A DNA stretch of 64,000 nt from Takakia lepidozioides (lineage: Eukaryota; Plantae; Bryophyta), in assembly GCA_030704615.1 (NCBI GenBank), contig CM060732.1:63178001-63242000 (forward strand), written 5' to 3'. Under the pieces are notes generated by a model. It searched no databases and was not told the origin of the DNA. It was given only the letters and a program-made list of their open reading frames with translations. Shown piece by piece: positions 13,601-27,117 of the stretch; position 1 is the stretch's first letter, and each line of letters opens with the position of its first letter. A program made the translations under genes and the position numbers.

Positions 13601-14925
13601 TTGAGAATTGGTAAACCATTCAGGGTCAGTTACACGACGCACAGGCTCCGCACACATAGGGGCAGATTGTCCGTCAGACTGCTTGGGGACAATTACCCCG
13701 TGTATAGATTTTGCTCGTCTTGTGTAGACTTTGAGGATTGGTAAACCATTTAGAGTACCAAATCCTTCGGTTACAGGTGTGTGTATATAGACAGTTGTGG
13801 AGGATCTGTGACCACAGCAACTATGCTTTTCATCTGAGGTGAGGTTACTGAAGATGGTTTGGTGTTTGAAACTGATTGTGGAACAGCTCACGCATCCAAC
13901 ACAGCATTTTACTGAGGATTTTGACTTCACAGCCATGAACGAAAAGTTCAAGAAAGATGAAGTCTGGGGGGAGCTTGGGGGTAAAAGCGAGAAAGGTGGG
14001 GATGATGAGGATGATTTTGCTGATGGGAACCTTGAGGATGACACCTCTGATGTGCCTCCCTTGAACAAAGCTCTGCCAGAGGCTCCAAAAAAGGTATGTA
14101 TCACACTCTTTGGCATTGCCACACTCTGTAGCGTAGGCGCAACATTTGGGCCAAAGGCCTTGTAGGTAGTGTTGTGTTTTGTGGGATATGTTTGCTGTGT
14201 ATTCTCCAAATGTTCTTGCCTCTGTACATCCATCTAGCTATAGGTGATGTTGTTTGGTGCTTTGTTCAGTTGTAATCTTGAGCGTGTACGAGAACTGACA
14301 GGATGTAAGATTTGAGGTTTGGATGCAGGCTGTGTATGTGAAGGACGACTTTTTTGATTCGCTGTCATGTGATGCCCTTGATCGGGAAGAAGGCCGTGCT
14401 GAACGAACAAAATTTTCTGAGCAGCGTAAAATTGACACCGAGGTAGGTTGAGTTGTAGGTTGTGTATCTTCTGGATGGTGAGGGAGCAGGTTCTGAAATA
14501 TACAAATAAATGAGCTTGTTCTTGTTAAGTTTTTGTTTTCTTTACATGTAGACCGTGTCTGCAATGCCTGGTACAAAACCTATGCAAGTTCTCATGTGCA
14601 GCCTGTTTCACCACTTTGATCTGACATGATAATCATTGTAGAATATACTTGTTTTTTTTGAAAGGAGTGGAGTCAGTATTCTGATTGCTTGTTCAATCAT
14701 TCTGTGAAAGATATTGGATTGTGAAGTTGGCTTTCTGGATTTTGATGTGAACAGACTTTTGGGAACTTCCCTTTGAGGTCTCGTGGAGGACGTGGTGGCC
14801 GTGGAGGGGGCCGCCGCGGGGGCTACAGGGGTGGTTATTATGGTGGGGGTTACATGGGTGGAGGCAGGGGCAATGGCTACGGCAGGGGTCGTGGGACATC
14901 ACGGTCCACAACAGCTATCAATTAG
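4628..14925 (+). CDS. DCP5: Decapping 5 / LSM14-family P-body protein; exons 4628-4766, 6456-6556, 6767-6850, 7300-8322, 9486-9563, 13887-14093, 14329-14442, 14755-14925
   Basis: LSm14 domain ([47 protein letters not shown]), a P/Q/S-rich middle, an RG box, FDF ([12 protein letters not shown]), FFD ([11 protein letters not shown]), TFG and an RGG tail. All junctions are GT-AG and phase-compatible. Confidence 0.95.
9878..13774 (-). mobile_element. RTEX/RTE-like non-LTR retrotransposon (APE endonuclease, RT, C-terminal zinc finger), degenerate, antisense in DCP5 intron 5
   Basis: APE motifs [22 protein letters not shown] and SDH; RT motifs [34 protein letters not shown] and YLG; [14 protein letters not shown]. 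The 15-bp TSD AGGTGTGTGTATATA lies at 9863-9877 and 13775-13789. Several stops and frameshifts. The clade is assigned from motif style only. Confidence 0.9.
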
Positions 14926-16011
14926 ATAGTTTCTTGCCCAATCAATGAAGGAGCCTGCTGCAGCAATTGCATTGTTGCAATCAGGAAGACATGGAGGAGA
15001 TGCTTAAAACTTTCTTAGATTTGTGGGGTTAGTGTGTGCTTGTTGGTCAGTAGGAGTGGCAGCTGATGGAAAAAAAGACAATGGGAGGGCACACTCCCAG
15101 ATAAATGTTGGCTCTGGTCCGGCCATGGCTGACAATCCAATTGCATCGGCAAAGGACATTGGTCTGGCATTGCTGGGGAGCTGGATGTCTTGGAGCTGAC
15201 AATGGGGAAAGACATGCTCGGTGGAACCGCTCTGCATGACCTTTGTTGGTCACAGTGGATTCTTGGCATGTTACCACTTGCAAAGAGAGCCCCCAGAAAG
15301 TTGAAATTTCTCACTGGTGGCCTGTGCAAACAGGGTTGCTTCTTTCGTTTTTCCCAAGGCAGTTTTTTTATCACTGCTAACTCTCTTTGCTACCAGGGTA
15401 ATGTGGGCAGTGGAAGGATTGTTTGTGTGACGAGCAGTCTCGGGTCTCTGGGGTAAGTCTCATGCAGACCAACACCAGGCCCATATCATACCATTCTTTT
15501 GTACATGTGTCTTGGAGTTTCAAATGGTTGATAGTGGTGCCTATAATAAATGTTAAGCCTTCCATTAACTTCTGTTTGGACAATCTGGATCGGGGGTGGT
15601 GGTGGTGGGGGAGTGTTTGTAAAAGTGAAGCCTTGGCGTCTAGGCTGTGCCTCAACCTCAGATACTGCAGTATGGTAATCTTTTTTGGAATTATGGATGC
15701 CCAATTTATCCTTACTCTGTGGTCTTGTACTTCTGTGAGCACAAACCCAGTCTTCTATCCTGCCGGCTCAAAAGATGGTAAGAGCATGCCATTCACTTGT
15801 AGTCCAATCTCTCTAGCGCTGGGGTGATACTTGGCTGGTGGCTGCTGTAGCTTCGGTCCTTGGTATTTTTTGTTGGATTGAGATGTACAGTTGAAGGGTG
15901 ATAGTGTGTTAATGTTTTCTTTAGCATGTATGTTTTGACACAGTGGGCCAGCAGCAGGGGTTGGCTGAGAAAATCCCAATTGAATTTAACCTTCACAACC
16001 GTACATGGCTC

Positions 16012-16263
16012 ATGGTGCGCCCGCCCCCAAAAGTATGGGCACAGAGCCACAGCCTCAATAGATCTCTGCTGAAGGTAGTTTGGAGGATATCTTGAGACTC
16101 CGGTATGGCGTCTCTTGCCCAGAAAGTTAGAAAGAAGACGATGGTGCGCCCAAAAGTATGGGCACAGAGTCGCAGCCTCAAGAGATCTGTGCTGAAGGTA
16201 GTTTGGAGGATACCTTGAGACTTCAGTCTGCTGACTCTTGCCCAGAAAGTAAGAAAGAAGATG
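16012..16263. repeat. Imperfect tandem duplication, 2 x ~125 bp
   Basis: ATGGTGCGCCC..AAAAGTATGGGCACAGAG..GCTGAAGGTAGTTTGGAGGATA..CTCTTGCCCAGAAAGT.AGAAAGAAGA starts at both 16012 and 16141. Confidence 0.9.
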
Positions 16264-16857
16264 CGAGAGTGGAATATATTCTGTGCAACGAGGTTCCTGG
16301 GACTCAGAAATGGAGCCTAATAAGAAACCATTCTGATCTCATTCAACATCTTGTCATCAGCAGGGCTGCTCATGATCTCCACAGGCTAGTGTGGACTCAT
16401 CCAAGACAACATAATTCTCAAATACATGTAACTCATCATATACTACATTGAACGATGAAGAGATGCAGTTGATTTGTGAGCATGCCCCTCCCTCCCTCCC
16501 CTTTGAACGTTTGGACAGAATGCGTGGCGTCTGAGTAATGTTAGTCTGACCAGCACAAGAAAACTATGATCACTAAACCTCATGGATGCGCTTAGACTCT
16601 GCTCTGGAATTTGTAGCGCTGTGCAGATACAACCGGATTGGACAGGTATCCGATCTTGGTAAGTACACAAGAGGAGGGGAGCCGGGGGCGGGGTGGGGCG
16701 GAGGGCAGCGGGGCGGGGGAACTGTGTTTTGAAACACTTTCCTATCGGCAAGGTGAGACTCAGAACCTTGATGCAGCTCCTCAAAATTGTCGGCCAAACG
16801 CCCAGGATATTCAATCAGATTTGTGGTACTCTCTGTTACCATCACCAGCTTGCCACG

Positions 16858-19800
16858 CTAACTACGATCTCTGGACGATCGCGGATCATCTGGTTTTATA
16901 TTTGCAGAGTTTTGGACATTCTGCAGCTTGTAGTCGTACCAGTTCGCCAAAAACAAGAAGAAGAGCAAGTTGATTGTCGTAAGCCCTGCCAGAAGCCAGT
17001 AGAAGTAGTCCAGACGACATCGGTTTAGGTTGTCAACAATCCAGCTCGTACCCTTAACAATCGCGGTGAGGAGAATGCTACTCAAGAAATTCCCAACTCC
17101 AATTGTGCTGAGGAAGAGAGCCGTTCCCAGGCTCCTCATCGTGTCAGGAGCCTGATCATAAAAGAACTCAAAAGCTCCTATGCTGGTAAACACCTCGGCG
17201 GAACCCAACAACATATACTGTGGGAGAAGAACAAAAACACTCATAGGGACTGTCTCGTTGGGTTTGTCAAGTAGGCCGTGATCTTTTGCCACCTGACGAT
17301 CCACCCAGAGTTTAGCTTCTTGTATTCAAGAATGGACTGTAAAGGCCTTCCAAGGTCACTGATGCTCGAGAAAGTATACTCTATACTCTTATGAAAAATT
17401 GGATTGTCAATACTTGGTGTAATCTAATCGACCAGTGTCGAGGAGTTTCTTGACATTCTCTTCTAGGACATTTTGGGTATTTCTTCAAATGTACATTCTA
17501 CGCACTTCAGTCAGTAGTTATCTAGGTACCCCTACATTTATTGAATAACACTCTGTAGTTGTAGTACGTAATTGAGTTGAACAGGACCCACTGGATTTTC
17601 CCTCGCTAGCCATCAGTCAGCTTTCTATTAAACAGAACAGTTGTCAAGGGTGAAAAATGTTGACCGAAGTGGAAAAACATCACGTACCTGGACTCTCTTG
17701 ACCTCAACCAACGCTGCAACCACCATAGAAAGAAGGGAAATAATTATACCGATGCCTATTCGTGTCAACATTGAGATGCCTCGCACATCCCCTGTGAAGC
17801 GACGGGCGAGTGGAACAAACACTCGGTCGTACAGAGGTACTAAGGTGACAATGGTGATCGGAATAAAACATTGCAACGAGGGGGCAGGAATTTTGAAGGT
17901 AGGGCCTATGTTAACGTTCAGTGTGGTTCCTTGTTTCGTGTAAAATGTTGCGACTTGTGCTGGCAAAATTGCCAAGAAGAGGGTGCAAACCCAAAAGGGC
18001 AACAAGCGGACCACAAGCTTCACTTCCTCCACCTGGGTGACGGTGGCCAGTCTCCATGTTGAGTCAGTGAGAACAGATGAATTTGATGCTTCATCTTCAA
18101 GCACTGCAGCTTTATCCAGAAACCTGCAACAGAATTTGAGACCCTTGAAATAAGGAACCAAGCTCTAGAATGACTACGGATCATCAATCTTAATTAAGAG
18201 TTAATACGAAACAAGCTCATATGAATTGCCAAGGTTGATGGAGATCACAATTTGCAGCTTCTCCCTTACGTTTGAATGCATGCTACTCGGTAAACTTAAC
18301 GAAAATTAGCGTAATTAGTTCTGACGGTTGATCTGCTGTACCATCATCTACCTATCCACATAATTTACTTCAAGTCTCGTATTCTTAAATTTTTGATTTG
18401 GTTAGGCTCGAAGGATGGATATGAGCTCTCTTAACATGGGTTTACTTTTAGTATCTCGTTGATGCTTGATTTTGGAGCCAGCCTAGAATATTGTCCTCAC
18501 ACCAGAATGGAATGTATGTCCTAGAAAAAGTAAAAATAAGCTTGCATGTACATATAAGTCTTACCTTAAGGTGTTTGAATGTAGAATGGGACGCCTACCC
18601 ACCGTAAAATATTCTTTGTCTTCGACCTCATATAATAATTCAGAGTCGGAAGGAACCTTTACCCTCGCCTTGCGAATTGACGCGATCAGCACCTGGGCCA
18701 GCTGGGTGAAAGGACTCCCATTTGGCCGCTTATGCCTATACCAAGGAAGACCGTATACGAATACCAAAACAAACAGTCCCATTGCCACCATAGGAGTGCC
18801 AAATCCCCAGGCCCAGCTTATGGTGTATTGGACGTAAACCAACACAGTAACGGATAGCAAGCCACCAATGCTGATAACCCAAACCCACCAATTGAAAAAT
18901 GATTTCTTCATCTCATTCTCTCTTTTGTCCTCCTCATCAAACTGGTCGGCACCAAACGCTGCAATGCAAGGTTTCATGCTTCCCGAACCCAGGGACATCA
19001 AGTAGAGAGAAAAATAGAAAAAGCCCACTTGACCTGTGGAGGCAGGTTGGCACTCTGTGGCCAAAGCTGCACAAGGAGGAGGAATCAATGCCTTCAGTGT
19101 GACTGAGAGTGTCAACATAACCAATCCCTGCACCATCATAAACAGTGACAGTTTACAATGAAAAACTTGTATGGACTGTGAAGTTCTCATGAACCCTGCA
19201 TGTTAAGATGACCATCAGTAAGTAAGGGTCGTATTCTATTTATAGCATCAAACACTCATTCAGAAGTACACCAACTTTGAAAGTAGATTCTACTTACGAT
19301 AAAGTAAACAACGCCGCAAACGAGAAGAGTCCAAAAACGACCCCAATACGCATCTGCAAGAAATGCTCCAAGTATGGGCATAAGAAATGTAGCACCAATC
19401 CAGTTGTTCACATTTCCGGCTGAAGGTGCGTTTCCCTCGTGCAACACTCGGGTGAGGTATGTGACCAAATTTGCGGATATCCCATAAAAGGCCAGTCTCT
19501 CACCAACCTCCAATCCTGTTGCATCCAGTCCACCACATTTTGTTTTCGGTAAGGTGAAAATTACCATGGGGCCCACCCTGAATGGAAACCTAAGATCAAT
19601 TGAGTTTATCTTTGTCTATTTCATGTGCAATGGGATTGCAGTGTAGTAGAAGTCAAAGTGAAATACGTACTCCAATGTGTTAGTTCACTCCTCTCTGCAG
19701 GACTAGGGAACTCTCTTTTAGTTCACACTCACCAAACAGTATTGTGGAGGACGTTATCATACCTATGATAAAGCAGTTTGCCCTCCGGCGACCTGTAGTC

Positions 19801-19940
19801 TTCTTATTGATGGGATGCCCCCTGAAATCAACTGCACCATCCTTGGCTAAGCTGAAGGCCCTCTTCAATTCATGTTTTTTTGTGGATCTCCTGGTTGGAT
19901 CCCTCGCAGGCTCATAAATAGAAACTGTCTTATGTTGCAT
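16858..19940 (-). CDS. NRT1/PTR family (NPF) proton-coupled transporter; exons 19940-19763, 19515-19298, 19127-18565, 18123-17688, 17292-16858
   Basis: DGAVDFRGHP, EVGERLAFYG (ExxER), GAFLADAYWGRF, FGADQFDE..SFFNWW, RFLDKAA, TVTQVEEVK, LPQY..EFFYDQAP and LDYFYWLLA. GT-AG junctions are in phase. Confidence 0.95.
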
Positions 19941-22399
19941 TTCCTTTGGTGCCTGTTAGACCCATATTTAATAATATGTAAGACCACCTCAACTATGCAA
20001 TGTAGACTAATTGGCACATGTGCCTATACCGGGATAAATTAGATGCGCCGATCCCGTACATCAAATTCCAAGTCTGTCATTTTCCGCCAGCCTGACCTCG
20101 ACACTACAAGAAGTGACTTTCTCACTACCAGCTCAATCATCAAACTCACGCCATGCAGGAATGCAAATACTGAGAAAAAGAAGAAGCCCTTAGAAGTTAG
20201 ACTAGTCTAGCTAGTTGTAACGACGATTCACTGCTAAGTAAGCGCCAGAAGTCTTTGATGTGCGGGGTTCGGTTCTTTTACTACGCCCTTCAAACCCAAA
20301 TTCAACTTTGAACATGAACATGAGACCGAGAGGGTTGGCATATACTTAGCAAGGTCTAGATCATATGGTTGTTCTCATATTATATGAAATGCAAGCATTG
20401 GCCAGCATCAAGACAGTCGCCAAGTGGTGCCAAGTACATCCAGAGGGTTTAGATCTGTCGGATTCCACATAAATTACAAGAGCACTAAATCCGCATCATT
20501 GGCCCCCTGCAATATATTTGATATGGCAATCTGGATTTGATTCAGAGGCTGAGAAATTCTCAGGAAATCTATATATGGATGTTATAATCCTGCTTTGTCG
20601 AATCCCAAAATTGTGAATTGCAGGGGGGTCATAAAAAAGTGCCGGAAAAAGATGCCTCTAAACAATTTGAATATCGGAATTTCCAGATTTGAAAAGGATG
20701 TCGGAATAGAAAAGCGCGTTATCACTTACAGTGGAAGTGATTCTCTCACGCTCGAAGCATTGTCAGTAATAGTGGAGAGCATCATAAGACAAGCGAAGAT
20801 GCGATAGAATGGGTCAGCAATATTTTACATGCTATAAAATACGTTTATAGATCTGAAGAGTAGTATCAAGAAGAACAAGTAAGTTAAATTCTTTATCAAG
20901 GTCTATCTGACTGATCTGATCATGAATATATACTTTCTGTAATACGAGTCTTTGTTAATGATACATCAGCATGAAGAGCATCCTTTCGGGGAGTTGGGTT
21001 ATCGAATCTCAACGGCTTGATCATAACAGAATCTTTCCTCTCTTAAACATTAGCCCCTGCCAGAGAGAAATGACGCCGACCGAAGTCAACGTAAACCACT
21101 GCCAATTATTACGCTTCTGAATCTAGATCTGACAGTTCACCCCTGGAGAAAAACAACTGGTATGGAAATCACGAAACAAAAGTCGATACACAATGTTATT
21201 GGGCCCTACCGTATGATGTGATGTGGCTATCTTGACTTAGAGAGGAAGAAGGAGAACATAGACAGCAGTATTACAACCTCAAGATCTGAAAAGGCATAAA
21301 GAGAATATGAAGAGGTAGAAGAATACGAAAAGCTAGTTCCAAGGGAACACGATGAAGAGGTAGGTAGTTACAACAACCAATTCTGCTAAATCTCTTGAAC
21401 TGGGTCTCAACATCACCTTGTCGAAACTGGCTGATCTGTTGGTCACAGTTCTAGTGAAGGATCTCAACTGTTCATTCGACTTGAATGGATGACTCCAAAG
21501 CTTACGCGCGCGAGTCTTGCGATCCTAACATAAAAAATGTCGTTTTCCATTTAGAAAATGCACCCATTAAAATCTAGGACATAATTTGACGAGTGTCCAT
21601 AGAAAATATATTAGCAATATTATGTCCTTCAATAGGTGATCGGCATAGGTGATCCTAGGTTCGAATTGTCGATCCCAAAAACACAGAGATCGCTTCGACC
21701 TGGGTTTGTAACTATTCATGAATGCTGATCTAAAACGTAGAATGACAGCATATTCTAACTGTGTCGAAGACAAAATGTGATCGGATGTGGCTATCGAGGA
21801 GGACGAAGGAACAGTCTTATGAAGTGGTAGAAGAGTTTGAAAGCATTCAAAGGTTGGTAGTTGTAACTATAAGAATATATCCACTGAATTTAGTGAAACT
21901 ACAGCGCAGTGTCAACGTTGGATCGGAACCAACATGAATGGATGACATACTATAGCTCGTAGCCAAGTGCCACCCCACGAGACGGCATTATAAGCGAGTA
22001 ATCCACTCCAACCAAGTTCAATCCATTATATGAAATATACTGAAGCAAATTTGTGCAGGAGTGGGGTCATCGGTGACATTCTTGCTAATTACCTGCTTTT
22101 CTTACATGCTGGAATAAACTGAAACCAAACAAAGTATATAACTTCAATTTCGGACGACTGATAGCAGTGATCTTAGAGTTGAGTTGCTGCTACACACTGC
22201 ATGATTTAAGTTCATTACTGCATGTTTGTCAAGTACTTGTCATACAAACCAATTAGACATTGGCGACTTCCAGCAGTCGCTATGCCGCCAAGCAGATATA
22301 TATAGATATATAGATATATATATTACTGGCATGTTCAGAGTTCACAATGTGCACGTATGCAATGTGAATGAGGTTACGACAATATGATGCATGCATATG

Positions 22400-22819
22400 T
22401 GTTGTTTTTTCTGGTTGAAATCGCAGTGTGACCATGTTACTGCAAGTCATCAAGAGTTACGAGTTACACCGATTTATTCCATGACGGAATATCTAAGTCA
22501 GAGGCCAATTAGGTTACACTAGGATTTAACGGAGACATGCAGTTGGCCAAGGTGTTGCTACTGCGTACTATTTACGGATGGATAGTGACAACATTATTTT
22601 GAATTACTAGACTCCTCCCAGCGCCGAGCAATCGTTACTACAAATAGTATTTAGGCTTACTAGAGAGAGTCTTTGAGTTGCTGAAAACTTCTTTGTATGT
22701 TGATGCCTTATGGTGGAATTGCGGTAGTGTAAAGTGCTATGATACCATCGTGTGTTTTGATTGCCTGAATCTTTGAATTGCTGTTCTAGATAGTATTGTG
22801 TGCTTTGAGTTTTTCAACA
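22400..22819 (+). repeat. 5' LTR
   Basis: Direct repeat of 27118-27537 with TG...CA ends. Confidence 0.96.
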
Positions 22820-22833
22820 GGTTATGGGCCCAC
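22820..22833 (+). promoter_or_regulatory. Primer-binding site complementary to the anticodon arm of tRNA-iMet (half-tRNA type)
   Basis: GGTTATGGGCCCAC immediately follows the 5' LTR and is the reverse complement of GTGGGCCCATAACC in plant initiator tRNA-Met. Confidence 0.9.
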
Positions 22834-25800
22834 AAACGTTTGAAGCTCAGTCAGAGAGTGCTTTCGTGAACAATTTTATTTCTGAGAGTTCTTTCTTGAT
22901 TTTGTTCACGAATGAAACTAGAACTAGCAGAGAGATCTAGGAAATAGTAGCAAAGATGAGTTCAGTTACCACATCGAAAGATGTGATGCAGATAGAGAGA
23001 TTTTCAGGAGAGAATTTTTCTCTATGGAAGTTTCAAATGATGATTCTCCTAAGAGCCAAGAAGCTATGGTCTCTTGTCAGTGGGAAGGATTTGAGAGCAG
23101 TGGCCTCGGATAAAGACGAATGGGATGATAGGGACAGCAATGCCTGCATGTATATTACTCAAGGAGTAGATAAGAATCACCTGCAACAGTTGGTAAACTG
23201 CACAAACTCAGTAGAGATGTGGGCGAAACTAGTGGCAGTTCATGAGCAAAATGCTACCGAGAACATTCATGTCTTACAAAGCAAGATGTATCATCTCAAG
23301 ATGGAAGAAAATGAGAGCATCTCTAGTTATATCAGCAAGATAGAACTGATGGCAAAACAGTTGAGTGATCTTGGTGAGAAGATGAATGAATCAGCTATCA
23401 TGGCAAAGATAGTGTGCACAAGCTATGAGAACATCTTAGATGCATGGGATAGTGTACCCGCTGCCGAGAGGACGTTGAACAACTTGCAATCTAGGTTACT
23501 CAAGAAAGAAACATTGAGAAAAGCGCGAGGAAACACGGAGGATGTTATGGATAAAGCTTTCTTCACAAAGCATGTCAAAGGAAGACATAACTCATCCACA
23601 AGCGGTGGAAGTTTTCTGACAAAGGAGCAGAAGAAGGAGAGAGCTGAAAGAATAACAGAGTTAAAAAAAAAAACAAGGTGCAACACCTGCGGTGAAGTTG
23701 GGCACTGGGAGCGAGAATGTACGAAGAGTATCGCTGCTAGCATGGTGGAATCCATTAAGATGAGCGATGCCTATGCTGCCACTGCATTTCATCATGAAGA
23801 AAGAGAGCGTGTCGATGATGGCTCAGTGACACAAGGAAGAAACACTGATCAGAACATTGTCAATGATCTGGTGAAGATTGTACATATTAGCAATGCTAAT
23901 GCAGCAGTGTACAATAGCACGTCAATTGGAGAGAAAGTTGGCGATGAAGACGATATATCCTGGTACTCGGACAGTGCTGCATCTGAGCACATGACCAACA
24001 AGATGCAATGGTTCAAAAATCTTAAGAAGATTGAATCTCATCGTTGGGGAGTACAAGTTGCCACTGATGTTACAATATGGGCAAGTTGAATAGGGGATAT
24101 AGATATCCTAACCCTAGCAGGAAGTGAGTGGAGAAAGGGAACAATATACAACGTGTTGTTTGTACCTGACCTCAGAAAGAATCTGTTCTCAGTAGCGAAG
24201 GCTGTAGACAGAGATTACATCGTCATCTATGATAAGCGTACTTGTAAGCTGTATGCAAATCAGGGAAGGGGACCTCTTATGATGACTGGAGTGAGAGAGG
24301 GAAACCTTTGGAAACTGCAAATCAAAGTGATTACGGGAGAATCTCTGCAAGCAAACATGGTATTGTCGACGGATAATATTCAAGCAAATGTGGCGGTGAC
24401 AATTGGGGGAGCAAGTCTTCAAACGTGGCATGATCGACTTGGACACATCAGTGTCGACATGATTAAACAAATGGAAAAAACACAGATTGTCGATGGTATG
24501 AAAATATTGAACCCTAATGCAGATCTGGAGTTCTGTGAAGGTTGTGCCATGGGCAAGAATCACAGAGTTGCATTTCCAGTAAATGAAGAACGTGAGAGGG
24601 TTCAGACTCCTGGAGAGTTCTACCATGCTGATGTGTGTACAATGAATGTAGACTCGCATGGAGGTTCCAAACATTTTGTCATGTTTAAAGATGATCATAG
24701 CAGCTATAGGATCTTGTATTGCATGAAAACAAAAGGAGAAGTTATCAAGTTCTTCAAGCAGTTATGTGTGGAATCAGAGATAGAGACATGACATGCAGTG
24801 AGAAAGCTTAGAAACGACAGAGGAGGAGAATTCTTGAGCGCAAAATTTAAGACTTTCTTTGAAGAAAATGGAATTCGGCAGGAACTTACAGCGTCATATT
24901 CCCCAGAGCAAAATGGTATCATCGAAAGGGACAATAAGACTCTGGTTAAAAGAGTTAGATGTATGCTGCAAGCAAAAGGTCTCAGTCCTAATTTCTGGGT
25001 AGAAGCTGTCACTACAGCTGCATACACCCTAAATCGAACGGGAACCAGGGTGTTGAATGGGAAAACACCTTTGGAGGCCTGGAATGGGAAGAAACCTGAC
25101 ATCAGCCATCTACGAGTGTTTGGTAGCATGACATATTCACATGTACCCAAAGAGCTGAGAAAAAAATTGGATGCCAAGAGCAAAAAGTGCATATTTCTTG
25201 GTTACAGTGTGGAATCTAAGGCGTATCGGCTATGGGATATTGAGCAGCAGCACATAGTCATCAGCCGTGATGTGTTAGTAGATGAGAAGGGTAACCGTAA
25301 TTCTTCACCCATCGAAGAAATGATGAGCAGACCTAACACATGCACTATGCTACTTGAGGGAGTGGGAGACAAAATGGCTCCAGAAGTACAAAATTCTGAG
25401 GGGAATACGATTGACCAGCATAATGAGCATCCTGAGCTTCAGCTAATAGTGGATCTACCTATTGCCATGGATGAAGGCGAAATTCATGCAGCAAACACAG
25501 GGCCTGAGCGGGTTGCACCAAGCTTACAAAGTCAGGGAACAGAAGTACATCGATCTTGACGACCACCACAGGCATTCGGCGAGTGGGAGAGTAATTACCC
25601 TACGTTTGCTGGAATAAATGAATACATACCATTACCAGAGGAGCCAAAACGGTATGATGAGGCGATGATGTCTCCTGATCGAGCTAAGTGGGAGCTAGCA
25701 ATGAAGGAAGAAATTGACTCGTTACACAAAAATGAAACGTGGATGCTTGTTGATCTGCCAAAGGGAAGACACATAGTGAAGTGCATATGGGTATACAAGG

Positions 25801-27117
25801 TAAAGCCTCAAGCAGATGGGAGTATTGAGAGGTATAAAGCCCGGTTGGTTGCAAAAGGATATTCGCAGGAGTATGGAATTGATTTTCAAGAAACTTTTGC
25901 CCCCGTTGCGAAATTCGATTCAATCAGAACCCTATTAGCAGTGGTTACCGCTGAGGATTTGGAAATGATTCAGTTCGATATAAAAACCGCTTTCCTGCAT
26001 GGAGAGTTACAGGAGGAGATATATATGGATCAGCCCAGAGGCTATGTGAAGCCAGGAGAAGAAAAGAAAGTTTGTAGATTATTAAAAAGTTTATATGGAC
26101 TTCGTCAAGCATCGAGGGCATGAAACACGAGGTTCAATGATTTTCTGGTCAAATATGACCTGCAACCCAGCGCAGCAGACCCCTGTGTGTATTTTCGCAA
26201 CTCAGCGCCAAAGTTATTCACCACCATTTTTGTGGATGACGGGTTGCTCGGAGAGCAAAGAAATACTGGATGGTATGATCAGTTTTCTTAACAAGGAATT
26301 TGAAGTTAAAGCTGGAAGCGCCGAATGCTATGTTGGCCTTCACATTGAAAGAAACAGGGGATTGCCATAGACCAACACCGATACGTGATGTTCATAATCT
26401 GGAAATTTGGATTTGGGGATGCACATACAGTGAGTACACCTGCATATCCCAATGTGCAGTTGCATCTACCAAGAGGTGAAGATGAAGAAGATGAACATGA
26501 GTTTCTTTACCAATAGACAGTTGGGAGCTTGATGTTCGCCATGGTTGGCACACGGCCAGACATTGCATATGCGGTCAGCACTGTGGCCAAGTATTCACAG
26601 AATCCCAAACGAATTCATTGCACAGCTGTAAAGAGGATATTCAAATATCTCAGGGGGACAACAGACTATCGTCTGAGCTACTCACGTTGCAAGAATTCAA
26701 ACACTCTTACGGCTTTTGCTGATGCTGACTATGCAGGGGACTTGGACGATCGACGATCTAGAAGTGGGAGCGTCACATTACTCAATCAAGCAGCTGTTAC
26801 GTGGGTGAGCAGAAAACAAATGTGCACAACAAGTTCCACGACAGAGTCAGAGTACATAGCAGCCTGTTTAACTGCGAAGGAGACAATCTGGTTACGAAGG
26901 TTGCTGTCTGATCTTGGGCACACACAGAATGACCCTACTCCCTTATATTCAGACAATCAAAGTGCAATCCGATTGGTCTTGAATCCGGAGTTTCATCGAA
27001 GAACAAAGCACATTGATGTGCAATATCATATGCTGCGGTTTTTTGTGCACACATTGGCTATTCATTTTGTTTCGTAGGATATTTTTCTCTTGCCATGGAA
27101 TAACCAGTGAGTGGAAG

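Noticed and set aside
13553-13774. Possible HDV-like ribozyme at the LINE 5' end
   Set aside because: No nested double pseudoknot was found by eye, and the substitution pattern favours a coding repeat.
13508-14233. 241-aa minus-strand ORF leading into the LINE
   Set aside because: It crosses the TSD boundary and is antisense to DCP5 exon 6, so it is a chance composite and not an ORF1.
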